Assembly: GCA_965208675.1 (NCBI GenBank)
Contig: OZ242351.1
Coordinates: 3,104,001-3,168,000, forward strand
Source of the DNA: Candidatus Poribacteria bacterium
GTDB lineage: Bacteria > Poribacteria > WGA-4E > PCPOR2b
Direction of reading: 5' to 3'
DNA: 64,000 nt
Positions within the stretch are counted from its first letter, which is position 1; the number at the start of each line of letters is the position of its first letter. The notes under the pieces were generated by a model that searched no databases, had not been told where the DNA came from, and saw only the letters and a list, made by a program, of their open reading frames with translations. Of the stretch, positions 38,573-47,812 are shown one piece after another. The position numbers were made by a program, and so were the translations under genes.

Positions 38573-38661
38573 ATAACAAGAAAAACACAGAATTTGCCCA
38601 CAAATCTCAAACGATGGAAATAACGAATAGCGAATCAGTAGACGTATCATGGTAGACCTCG

Positions 38662-39486
38662 TTATTCCTCCACACAATCGTAGGCATCGGGGCTGTGTAT
38701 CTGGTTGTATTCCGCAATTTGCACATCAATTGCACGGGGCGCATCGTCAATATGAACTATCCAATCTTTGTATTTCGATTCGACAGGCAAGCCATCCACT
38801 TCATCTACCCATATGTAGGCAGCACCCAATTCGCTAAGAACATATGGGATTTTTACCTTGCCCTTATCGCGAAACTTCTTTTCTATCTGATCTGCTATGG
38901 CTCGGCGCTTCGCATCGATCCACGGTTCGGCAGGGCTATTGGACAAAGCCTCAGTTGCCGTGACTCTCGTGATCACCTCTCCACGCTGTCCATGCTTCCG
39001 CTCGTATAGCTTCAGCAGTCTTAAGAATTTCGCTCTATTGTAGATAACAGTGTACCCGGTTGCTGGGACATAGCGGAATAGCACTTCTACGTCGGGATCA
39101 ATAAACCAAGACCTCACTTTGATTCTGCTCTTTCGGTCATACGTAGCCGCAGGATGAGGCAGTCCCTTGGCGAGATTATAAACCCTTTCCGACACAGTAT
39201 TCTTCAGCTCCAAATCAACCTCATTATGAGCAATCTGTGTACCAAGACGTACATTTGCGTCTCCTTGAGCATGACAGAAATCGTACATGTATTGAAGAAC
39301 GGCATCATACTCAGGCTCAGTCATATCCGCTCGAATATGGGCATAACTTTCAATAAGCGCATGTGGAAATTCTGTCGGAACTTTATCCTTTACCACCGGC
39401 TCCGGTTCCCTCGGAATTGGTGTTTCGGTTTCGCTGCAAGCCAAGCACATCACTAAGATGGCAGTGAGAATCAATACCCGTGTCAT
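38662..39486 (-). CDS. Hypothetical lipoprotein
   Basis: GGAGG RBS; MTRVLILTAILVMCLAC lipobox-like; Pro/Glu-rich linker. Confidence 0.72.
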   Translation of the reverse strand: MTRVLILTAILVMCLACSETETPIPREPEPVVKDKVPTEFPHALIESYAHIRADMTEPEYDAVLQYMYDFCHAQGDANVRLGTQIAHNEVDLELKNTVSERVYNLAKGLPHPAATYDRKSRIKVRSWFIDPDVEVLFRYVPATGYTVIYNRAKFLRLLKLYERKHGQRGEVITRVTATEALSNSPAEPWIDAKRRAIADQIEKKFRDKGKVKIPYVLSELGAAYIWVDEVDGLPVESKYKDWIVHIDDAPRAIDVQIAEYNQIHSPDAYDCVEE

Positions 39487-39614
39487 GTGAAACCTCCATT
39501 CATTTGTGTGATTTTTTTCAGTCTTAGGAAGTAACGTTCTAACTAGGAATGAAAAGAGTAACACTTTCATTGATTAATCCTCTTTAATTGTTGATAGACT
39601 TTTTATTGCAAATC

Positions 39615-40457
39615 TCAATGCAATATGTTCGCCTTAATGGAGCCCCAAGCAACCGCAGATTGCTCATTGGGATGAACTGCCAACCCTAATCCCCGTTTAA
39701 TGCCGCCTTGAAAGTGCGCAGTAATCTCGTCTTCGGTGAAGGCCCGTTTCGCAATTAGGACTTCATCAATAAGGCCATCCAGCCAAATGTCTTCTTCCGC
39801 AAAACCGATGGTTACCGGTGCGTTAATGGATCTGGGAGTGAAATCATCCGTTATATTCGATGGTATCCTAAACCGCGCAACTTGTTTGCCATCCAAGTAA
39901 ATTGTGTGCTCTTCGCCCCAACTGCGTGGGAATCGGTCACGCACTATAGCAACCTGATGCCACGTCTGAGGCTGCACTTCCCAAAGGAAGCTTCTGCCGA
40001 AAGACGCACCGCCGGCTCCATCTCCGACAACTTTGAGGATGTTTAACGTTGGATTCCCGTGTAAACTGTATCCAAGAATCCACTTGTCTAAAAACCCGGG
40101 GCCTTCATCTTGAGCGATGAACGCGTGTCGATGGCCGAATAGGGTTTCATTCATGTTGATCCACATGGCAATTGTGAAGTCTGATTCGTACAGCTTCAGA
40201 CTTCTATCTTTGCCGACATCGACATAACCATCCGGCTCCACTTGAATTGCATTTCCAAATTTACCCGCCTCCCATTTTGCGTTCTGCTTCAGTATGCCGT
40301 GGTTTCCGTGCCGAGAGAGGTCTTTGGTAATTTCCCCTCTGCCTTCATCAAACGGCAAGGCAAGTACAATGTCTCTGTCGACGACTGATTCGGCTTCTCC
40401 AGAGTAGAAAGCGGCGACGAACGCGGTTATCAGTAGAGCTGAAACTAAAGTTTTCAT
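39615..40457 (-). CDS. Secreted LamG/concanavalin-A-like jellyroll protein
   Basis: LPFDEG, DLSRHGNHG, GKFGNA, FTIAMW, WHQVAIV, YLDG, GLIDEV; terminal LAVHP..AVAWGSIK motif. Confidence 0.9.
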   Translation of the reverse strand: MKTLVSALLITAFVAAFYSGEAESVVDRDIVLALPFDEGRGEITKDLSRHGNHGILKQNAKWEAGKFGNAIQVEPDGYVDVGKDRSLKLYESDFTIAMWINMNETLFGHRHAFIAQDEGPGFLDKWILGYSLHGNPTLNILKVVGDGAGGASFGRSFLWEVQPQTWHQVAIVRDRFPRSWGEEHTIYLDGKQVARFRIPSNITDDFTPRSINAPVTIGFAEEDIWLDGLIDEVLIAKRAFTEDEITAHFQGGIKRGLGLAVHPNEQSAVAWGSIKANILH

Positions 40458-40538
40458 TGGTAATTCCTCCTTCATAACATTACTAGCAGACATGTTTCCA
40501 ATCAGGTTCTAAATTGTGTATTGACTTTTTAATATCTT

Positions 40539-41342
40539 TCACACTTTATCATTTAAAAGGTACGATTTCATCACTGCTTTGAGGTTGTTCGATCTCGAAA
40601 GCCAACCGGGGAGAGCACTCGCATAAAAAGAATTTTGCTTTGCTAGAGTTTTTAAGAATTCGCGCTTATGAAAATCAAACTCCAAGAAAACCTTCCACGC
40701 ATATTCCGGTTCCTCTTTCAGTGCTGCGTCAATGTTATTGTTGAATTTCTTGACTGCTAAGGCGGTACGCGTTTTCCAAATTCCATCCGGTTCCACATTC
40801 ACCAGTTTCTGAATAACCCGTGTCGCATTCGCACCCGCAAGCGTAGCAAAATCTGCATATCCAGCTTGCAAGCTCGGATGAACGTCCCAGCAATTATAAC
40901 GTTCAAAATAATCTCGGTAAAACCTCTTTATTACCTCCAGATTTGCATCGGTCAAAGCCAGTGCATCTTGACTCGTGTTTGTGCGCCCTAAGCGGATTAC
41001 ATTTGCGGGCAGGTGCGCTTTATCACCTTGTTTATTCCGCCATTCCATCCACGCGACAGCCGTTATGCCCGCGTAAGAAACCCCGCCAACATGTGCGGGT
41101 TCATGGATATTCAGCCCGGTTTCATGCCTCAGGATGAACCTTAAAGCAACATCTCGTGAAAGAGACGCGTGGACAAGGCTATTCATTTTGGCAAATTGCA
41201 GATCGTTCGACAATAATCGTTCTGGTACAGCTTTCATATCGCGGCCATTGAGCCAGCGGATTCCGAAATAACCGCCTGCAATCAATAGCGCTGAAATCAA
41301 AACCGATCCGCATACCAACAGTTTTTGTCTAATCGAGAACAT
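40539..41342 (-). CDS. Cassette-A N-terminal anchor fused to a GH108 (ZliS/TtsA-like) muramidase plus peptidoglycan-binding domain
   Basis: N-terminus MFSIRQKL..GGYFGIRWLNG equals the A-family anchor; FILRHETG...GGVSYAGIT, DFATLAG, IQKLVNVEPDGI and GWLSR match the GH108/PG_binding_3 pattern. Confidence 0.75.
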   Translation of the reverse strand: MFSIRQKLLVCGSVLISALLIAGGYFGIRWLNGRDMKAVPERLLSNDLQFAKMNSLVHASLSRDVALRFILRHETGLNIHEPAHVGGVSYAGITAVAWMEWRNKQGDKAHLPANVIRLGRTNTSQDALALTDANLEVIKRFYRDYFERYNCWDVHPSLQAGYADFATLAGANATRVIQKLVNVEPDGIWKTRTALAVKKFNNNIDAALKEEPEYAWKVFLEFDFHKREFLKTLAKQNSFYASALPGWLSRSNNLKAVMKSYLLNDKV

Positions 41343-41444
41343 TAACATCACCTTCCTCACTCTATCAATCCTCGCTTGAGGGAAATTTATGTGAGCACCG
41401 CGGACCATTCCGCAGTTCAAAGTGTTACCAATGGCTATCTTATA

Positions 41445-41460
41445 AGTAAATTGTGTGCCA
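41445..41460 (-). promoter_or_regulatory. sigma54 promoter (copy 3, -12 variant)
   Basis: TGGCACACAATTTACT; same position relative to the UTR hairpin as copy 1. Confidence 0.55.
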
Positions 41461-41734
41461 ATCTGAATACGCTCACGCTATTAGCATACGCCATTGTCTA
41501 TCTTTACTTGGAACCTCTCAAGGCAATTAGTAGTTTGCAGTCGTCTTACGATATATAACCTGCAACCTAGGATTTTGCCTTTTTAGGTACCGCTTAATTA
41601 TCTTGCGAAAATATCTATGGGTCTTGCGTTTAGCGTTCAAGTCGTCACCCCCGTTTAGTTAACCTTTTTTAGTGAAGCCCATGTAGTATCGAACGTTAAT
41701 TTTTTCACCAGGATAATGCTGCTAGTAGGTCTTA

Positions 41735-41831
41735 CGTACTGCTACCGGCTCCACATAGTGGAACCGGCGACTTCCGAAATAGCTGCCGCAATCAATCCGC
41801 ATAGCAACTATTTCTGTCTAATCGTAAACAT
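41735..41831 (-). pseudogene. Remnant of a cassette-A gene
   Basis: ATG TTT ACG ATT AGA CAG AAA TAG (MFTIRQK*), then frameshifted GSYFGSRRFH..VEP. Confidence 0.8.
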
Positions 41832-41936
41832 GGACATCACCTTCCTCACCCTGTCAATCCTCGCTCTTGCGAGAAATTTATGTCACCACTGCGGACCGTT
41901 CCGCAGTTCAAAGAGCTACTTAATGGGTATTTCATA

Positions 41937-41952
41937 AGCAAATTGCGTGCCA
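41937..41952 (-). promoter_or_regulatory. sigma54 -24/-12 promoter (copy 4)
   Basis: TGGCACGCAATTTGCT, near-perfect consensus. Confidence 0.88.
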
Positions 41953-42077
41953 AGACGAATAACCCCGTACAATTTAAGCTCCGATTTGACTCGGAAACCC
42001 TTGTGTGTCAAGGGATACGGGCAGTTAATTTTTTTCAGACTGAAACGGCAGCGTCCTGACGGGGCAGGCAAAGGGGG

Positions 42078-42195
42078 TGCAACATTTGTTTACAAAAATC
42101 GGGAAAATTGGGGGAAAAATAGCGCGTGAAACCTTGCTAGGTAAGGGTTTTGGGGGATGTGCGACAAAAGTTGACAAAAGCAAAAAATGTCGCAC
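42078..42195. promoter_or_regulatory. Putative enhancer sites, copy 4
   Basis: TGCAACATTTGTTTACA (42078), TGCGACAAAAGTTGACA (42160). Confidence 0.65.
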
Positions 42196-42315
42196 CCTAT
42201 TTTGAAGACGGAAGCGTCAGCGGACACGGCGGAATGATACAAAATGGAGCAGGAATTGGGTGCTATGGTACGCAAACTCACCTGTATTTCGGATAACTGA
42301 AAGGTGAAAGCTCTT

Positions 42316-42510
42316 GTAGGTTGGGTAGAGATCAACTGAGCGAATAGCGAAGGCGATAGTCTTATCCGTACCGCCTCCAACAAACCGAACTCGCCGCAAT
42401 ATCCAAAAGCGTTGGATTGGTTGAATTCTGGTAGGCGGGAACTCCAATTCCCGACTGTATGTCTATAACCCCCTCTAGCTCCCCCTTGGTAAGGGGGAGG
42501 ATTTTTCTGT
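42316..42510. repeat. REP-like composite repeat
   Basis: Near-identical to 34463-34640. Confidence 0.8.
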
Positions 42511-42570
42511 ATCATTCCCATGTGCAATTGATCTTGACAAATTAACGCATTAAAATCCCTGCGTTCGCGG

Positions 42571-43947
42571 TTACCATCGTTCGTCAGAAAATTGAGCATT
42601 TGGCAGGGCATAGTGTTCACCTTTTGTTACCTCAGGGGCGCGTCGCTGAAAGACATCCCTTTCGCTATGCCGCGGATGTTCATAACCGCCAATGACATAA
42701 ACAATGGCACCGGATTGGCGGCAAACGCTAATCGCCATATCCGGTGTGTATCCCCTCTCGCGGCGGCGGCTGGTCGGTTCATCCGTTACGATCATGAGGA
42801 CAAGTTGGCGATCCGCAGGCGTTTGAAGCTTGGGGACGCCTTCGATAATTGCATCGAGCAGGTGTTCATCGCCTTCCTTCGGCAGCTGGAATAACTTCTT
42901 GACCTGCACAGCATCTAACGGCGGTTTCGTCACCACGATTGAGCTTTCTCCCCCGCCTACTCGCGCCCAAAACCGGATAACCCCGAAACGATAGTCGAGT
43001 CCTCCTTCATCTAGGGTTTCCGCCAAAACATCAAATCCACCGCAAATATCTTCGACATCGGCTTTCATGCTAAAGCTGGAATCGAAGACGAAGACGATAT
43101 CGGCAGATTGCTTCGCCGCCGGAATCATGTGTTCGCCAATGAGTTCGAAAATCCCGCCAATTCTTTGAATCCGCTTATCCAAATATGAGGGTGTTCTTCG
43201 TACCTGCTGGTATTCGTCAACTGCGTACCACTTCCCGCCGGTCTCCTCCGCCAACTGTAGTTGCACGGCTTCATTTACCCCAATAACATTGATGTGAACA
43301 TCATCCTGCACACACCGCTCAATTATCTGATTGGTACGTTGCTGTGTTGCATTTGGTGCTTTCCATGCCGTCTGCAACGGGGAATTTGTGACGACAATCA
43401 TGTGCTTGGCGGCATCCGATCTGTAGTTCAACTCCCTTACCCCCCACATCATCGCCTCAAGTCCATATCCGGTCAAATGACTGCCTCGAAATTGTGTGTA
43501 GAAACTATCCTGGATAGCACGAAAGTCGTTCCTGAATTCGCTGCCCTCAAATTTTCCACCGCCCTGATTTTGAAACCAGACTGGCGCTATCCGGTAGTCG
43601 ACCCCCGACTCCTCGAACACACTCACCATATTGTCAAGCTGTTCTTCAATCTCCGCAATCGCCGCTTTCATCGTCTCGCCGTGTTCAATGACATAGACGA
43701 AATCAACCATCTTTTCCTTACCCTGACGGCTGGCGCGGCGTGTAATGCCGAGGAGGCTTTTACCAATATTAATCTCTGTTTTCTGCGCTTTTGCCTCATT
43801 TTTTGGACTGACCATAACTCGCCGCTTACGGCGCGGCGGCTGCACTCGTGCTTCGGCAATCGCTGAAAACCCATCAACACCAATCCAGATTGTCAGCATC
43901 ATTAAAGCCATTCCAGATTTCAATTTGACTGGTTTCAACATGTTCAT
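42571..43947 (-). CDS. Double vWA-domain protein 2
   Basis: Paralogue of 34704..36089 (DIVFVFDSSFSM, FGVIRFWARVGGGESS, SDERW); AAGGAG before ATG 43947. Confidence 0.85.
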   Translation of the reverse strand: MNMLKPVKLKSGMALMMLTIWIGVDGFSAIAEARVQPPRRKRRVMVSPKNEAKAQKTEINIGKSLLGITRRASRQGKEKMVDFVYVIEHGETMKAAIAEIEEQLDNMVSVFEESGVDYRIAPVWFQNQGGGKFEGSEFRNDFRAIQDSFYTQFRGSHLTGYGLEAMMWGVRELNYRSDAAKHMIVVTNSPLQTAWKAPNATQQRTNQIIERCVQDDVHINVIGVNEAVQLQLAEETGGKWYAVDEYQQVRRTPSYLDKRIQRIGGIFELIGEHMIPAAKQSADIVFVFDSSFSMKADVEDICGGFDVLAETLDEGGLDYRFGVIRFWARVGGGESSIVVTKPPLDAVQVKKLFQLPKEGDEHLLDAIIEGVPKLQTPADRQLVLMIVTDEPTSRRRERGYTPDMAISVCRQSGAIVYVIGGYEHPRHSERDVFQRRAPEVTKGEHYALPNAQFSDERW

Positions 43948-44065
43948 TGATGCACTCTCCTTCCGTTCCGCTCTAGTCACGGCGGGTTACACTGCAATTC
44001 TCCCTGGCCGTAGCGACGAAATTCTGATTTTCGAATTACTGGTTTATCACTCCTACGGTACGGGC

Positions 44066-46267
44066 CTACTTGACAACCACCATCCGCCGTGTCGAGCTGT
44101 GATCGCCCGCCGCGAGTTGAATGTAATACGTTCCGCTTGTGACGGGTTCTCCGTTTTGGTTGCGGCCGTCCCAATGCGCTGCGCTGGCTTTGTCTCGGTA
44201 GACGCCCGATGGTTGATGCCCAATGTCGAGGGTGCGGACGATATGACCGCGCTGGTCGTAGATGCTAAAGGTTACGACCGAATCGTCCGCCAACTGATAA
44301 GGTATCCAAGTCTCCGGGTTGAACGGATTCGGATAATTTTGCAGCAACGCTGTCCGTTTGATGTTTCCCAAGGTTGTTATGCGTCGTTCCGACGGTTCCA
44401 CCGCTAATTGGATTGAAGACTCAACTTCCCACAATAACACCGTGCCGTCCTGACTCCCGCTCGCCAGTGTGCGTCCATCAGGACTGAACGCCACGCTCTC
44501 GACCGGAGCTGTATGCCCTTTGAGTGTCCGCCGGTGTTTTCCGGTTTCAATGTCCCACAGTCGGATAGTATTGTCCTCGCTTCCACTAGCGATGGTCTCT
44601 CCATCGGGACTGAACGCCACGCTCTCGACCGGAGCTGTATGCCCTTTGAGTGTCCGCCGGTGTTTTCCGGTTTCAATGTCCCACAGTTGGACCGTACCGT
44701 TGATACTTCCGCTAACGATGGTGTTTCCATCGGGACTGAACGCAACACTTTCGACTTGAAGTGCATGCTCCATGAGTGTTTTCAGGTGTTTTCCGGTATC
44801 AGCGTTCCACAGCCGGATGGTATCGTCCTTGCTTCCACTAGCGATGGTTTTTCCATCGGGACTAAACACAACACTTAGGACGAACCATTCATGCCCCTTG
44901 AGCGTTTGCTGATGTTCTCCGGTATCGGCGTTCCACAGCCGGATATCTTCCCAATTCCCGCTAGCGATGGTCTTTCCATCGGGACTAAACACAACGCTGG
45001 AGACCCAACCTGAGAGCGTTTTCAGGTGTTTTCCGGTATCAGCGTTCCACAGCCGGATGGTATCGTCCAAGCTACCACTGGCGAGTATGTGTCCATCGGG
45101 ACTAAACGCTACACTGTCGACCCAATCTGTATGCCCCATGAGTGTTCTCAAATGTTTTCCGGTATCAGCGTTCCACAGCCGGATATCTTCCCAATTCCCG
45201 CTAGCGATGGTCTTTCCATCGGGACTAAACGCAACGCTTTCGACTGGAGTTGTATGTCCCATGAGTGTTTTCAGTTGTTTTCCGGTATCAACGTTCCAAA
45301 GGCGGATGGTACCGTCCAAACTCCCGCTGGTGATGGCGGTTCCATTGGGACTAAACGCCATACTTTCGACGCAAGTTGAATGCCCGGTGAGCGTTTGCTG
45401 GTGCTCTCCGGTATGAGCGTTCCACAGTTGGATTTCATCCCAATTCCCGCTAGCGATGGTCTTTCCATCGGGACTGAACGCAACGCTGGAGACCCAATGC
45501 CTATGCCCCTTGAGCGTTTTAAGAGTTTTCAAGTGTTCTCCGGCATGGGCGTTCCACAGGCGTATGGTATGGTCCCCGCTCCCGCTAGCGATGGTTTTTC
45601 CGTCGGGACTAAACGCAACGCTTGAGACCCAATCTGTATGCCCGATGAGCGTTTGCTGGTGTTTGCCGGTATGAGCGCTCCACAAGCGGATGGTGCTGTC
45701 CCGACTCCCACTCACGATTGTGTTTCCGTCGGGACTGAATGCAACGGTTTCGACCCCATCTGAATGCCCGTCCAACGTTCGCTGGTGTTTTCTGCCAAAT
45801 GTGTTCCACAGGCGGATGGTACCGTCCTTGCTCCCGCTAGCGACGGTTTTTCCATCGGGACTAAACGCAACGCTTGAGACCCAATCTGTATGCCCCTTGA
45901 ATTTTTGCTGGTGTCTTCCGCTATCAGCGCTCCACAGGCGGACGGTATTGTCCACGCTTCCACTAGCGATGGTTTTTCCATCGGGACTAAACGCAACGCT
46001 ACTGACCGAATGCATATTTCTAGTGAGCAGAGCAACCTCTTGATGAGTCGCCGTATCGTAGAGCCATATTCCGATACTGCTGGCAACCGCAAGGCGGGTG
46101 CCGTCGGGCGAATACTGTATTTCATTTATCACACCTTTACCGAGGCGCGCTTGGGCGCCCTTGGGCAGCCCCCATAGCGGAAAATCTTGGGCGCCGCCGG
46201 GCGGTACGCACAGCACGGAAATAAAAAAGGATAATAGGCTAAGCTTGAAAATCATTGCTTTCTCCAA
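44066..46267 (-). CDS. Secreted WD40-repeat protein 3 (14 repeats) with C-terminal FlgD-Ig-like domain
   Basis: Same architecture as the other two; alternative ATG at 46255. Confidence 0.93.
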   Translation of the reverse strand: MEKAMIFKLSLLSFFISVLCVPPGGAQDFPLWGLPKGAQARLGKGVINEIQYSPDGTRLAVASSIGIWLYDTATHQEVALLTRNMHSVSSVAFSPDGKTIASGSVDNTVRLWSADSGRHQQKFKGHTDWVSSVAFSPDGKTVASGSKDGTIRLWNTFGRKHQRTLDGHSDGVETVAFSPDGNTIVSGSRDSTIRLWSAHTGKHQQTLIGHTDWVSSVAFSPDGKTIASGSGDHTIRLWNAHAGEHLKTLKTLKGHRHWVSSVAFSPDGKTIASGNWDEIQLWNAHTGEHQQTLTGHSTCVESMAFSPNGTAITSGSLDGTIRLWNVDTGKQLKTLMGHTTPVESVAFSPDGKTIASGNWEDIRLWNADTGKHLRTLMGHTDWVDSVAFSPDGHILASGSLDDTIRLWNADTGKHLKTLSGWVSSVVFSPDGKTIASGNWEDIRLWNADTGEHQQTLKGHEWFVLSVVFSPDGKTIASGSKDDTIRLWNADTGKHLKTLMEHALQVESVAFSPDGNTIVSGSINGTVQLWDIETGKHRRTLKGHTAPVESVAFSPDGETIASGSEDNTIRLWDIETGKHRRTLKGHTAPVESVAFSPDGRTLASGSQDGTVLLWEVESSIQLAVEPSERRITTLGNIKRTALLQNYPNPFNPETWIPYQLADDSVVTFSIYDQRGHIVRTLDIGHQPSGVYRDKASAAHWDGRNQNGEPVTSGTYYIQLAAGDHSSTRRMVVVK

Positions 46268-46356
46268 TCGTTAAATGCGGTGGTCAGTGTCCAGTTGCCA
46301 GCAAATGCTATTCACTGGCAACTGGACACGCGTTTTCGCGTAGTGATGCGTTGTTT

Positions 46357-46779
46357 CTAATCCTCGCCTTCTGGCGGAGTGATTACGTGCGATGTCTTTT
46401 CACTAAACGACTTTCTAGTTGCATTGTACCGCACGTCATGTGTTCGTTTATGATGCCAGTTATGCACATCTCTACCACTCACATAACCACTTGCACTGCC
46501 GCTCTTATTATCCGCTCCTCCCATGGAAACGGATACACTCGCTACCGTCCCGGGGTGGATAGTGTCACTATCACTATCGGATTTATTTCCAATACTAACT
46601 GACGCTTTGACTGTTCCGGACACAAGCCCAGTGCTGTTCGCTCCGCCAGTTAGCGAAATGGTTCCAGCAGTCGCATTGCGGCTCCCGCTAGCCCAAGCGT
46701 TATACGCACTTACGCTAATACAAACAATTAGGGAGGTAAACACAAAAATACTCAACGTGACCAACACTTTCACTTTCAT
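46357..46779 (-). CDS. Cassette protein B3 (divergent, no Cys in mature region)
   Basis: AAGGAG RBS; signal peptide CISVSA then YNA; SGSASGYVSG matches SGSAYASVSG of B1/B2. Confidence 0.82.
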   Translation of the reverse strand: MKVKVLVTLSIFVFTSLIVCISVSAYNAWASGSRNATAGTISLTGGANSTGLVSGTVKASVSIGNKSDSDSDTIHPGTVASVSVSMGGADNKSGSASGYVSGRDVHNWHHKRTHDVRYNATRKSFSEKTSHVITPPEGED

Positions 46780-46797
46780 GGTATTCTCCTTTTTGTT

Positions 46798-47580
46798 TTA
46801 GTAGTCGTTAAGAACAGTTGCCGGGTCATAACCGGCATCACTGTAATCAACAAAGGTTACATCGGGATGCATCGTCACATAAGCGCCCGACATTAATTCT
46901 TCCACTGTAAAAAGATTCCCATCTTCATTGAGTAATGGCTCAACCGTGCTTGAAATACCAAGTCTGTAGCTAATATACGGCACCTCAAGCGACTCTCCAT
47001 TGAGGTTTTCACCAACGTAACTATCCCACTCAACATAAACCACATCGTGATAGATTGGGTACACCTTACCGGTATCTTCATCAAGAACACCGTATACAAT
47101 TTCGTGGTCTCCCTGATTCCACAATTCTATCAAGACACGGTCAATTATCACATGGTCGGCGTGAAGAATCTCGTCAAAAAAGTCTTCGAGCCAAACTGGT
47201 CTAATGTTTGATGGAAACCCTTCAGGCACATCAGGGAAATTCTTCCCTTCATCCTTTTCAAGTGAGGACAGGGTGTCAGCAAGAGTCGTTGACTCGTCAT
47301 TGCCAAGAAAATCTTGCAGAGTTTCCGACTCTTCATGAGTGATGTTGTTTTGCCCCGGTTCGAGTTGTGATTCAGACATTGATGGGGCATCTTGAGTAAC
47401 AGAAGCGCAGGCAGGACAATTCATCTGTCCGGCATACCGTTTGGCAGTCAACAGGTGTTCCGGCACGGGATTCACATCCGGACCATGTAACCAGCGGCTT
47501 CCGAAATAGCTGCCTGCAACCAGTAACACCGCGAACAAAACTGTGGCGCCCACTACAAGTCTCTGTTTACTCGTTAACAT
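46798..47580 (-). CDS. Cassette protein A3
   Basis: GSYFGSRWLHG, FPDVPEGFP, RVLIELWNQGD, VYPIY, AGYDPATVLNDY. Confidence 0.87.
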   Translation of the reverse strand: MLTSKQRLVVGATVLFAVLLVAGSYFGSRWLHGPDVNPVPEHLLTAKRYAGQMNCPACASVTQDAPSMSESQLEPGQNNITHEESETLQDFLGNDESTTLADTLSSLEKDEGKNFPDVPEGFPSNIRPVWLEDFFDEILHADHVIIDRVLIELWNQGDHEIVYGVLDEDTGKVYPIYHDVVYVEWDSYVGENLNGESLEVPYISYRLGISSTVEPLLNEDGNLFTVEELMSGAYVTMHPDVTFVDYSDAGYDPATVLNDY

Positions 47581-47671
47581 TGTTATCACCTTTCTACCGC
47601 TGTCTCTTCTTGGTTGAGAGGAATTTATGTGACCGCTGCAGACCGTTCTGCAGCTTGTGATATTGTCTATA

Positions 47672-47687
47672 AGCAAAATACATGCCA
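47672..47687 (-). promoter_or_regulatory. sigma54 -24/-12 promoter (copy 5)
   Basis: TGGCATGTATTTTGCT. Confidence 0.82.
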
Positions 47688-47812
47688 ATACATATAGTCA
47701 CCGTCATTTTAGGTGCGGTTTTGGCGAATAAACCCTGATGTATCAAGGGATACGGGCAATTTTATTTTTTTTGGTTAGGGACGGCATAGCTTTGAATGCC
47801 TATGGCAATGGA

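Noticed and set aside
41947-42620. ORFs over cassette upstream blocks and REP arrays (also 28989-29336, 33829-34516, 25020-25390)
   Set aside because: Their mutual similarity comes from duplicated non-coding DNA; frames and stops are not conserved
25336-46267. Diversity-generating retroelement acting on the WD40 or FGE genes
   Set aside because: No reverse transcriptase and no TR/VR pair with adenine-specific mismatches seen in the window
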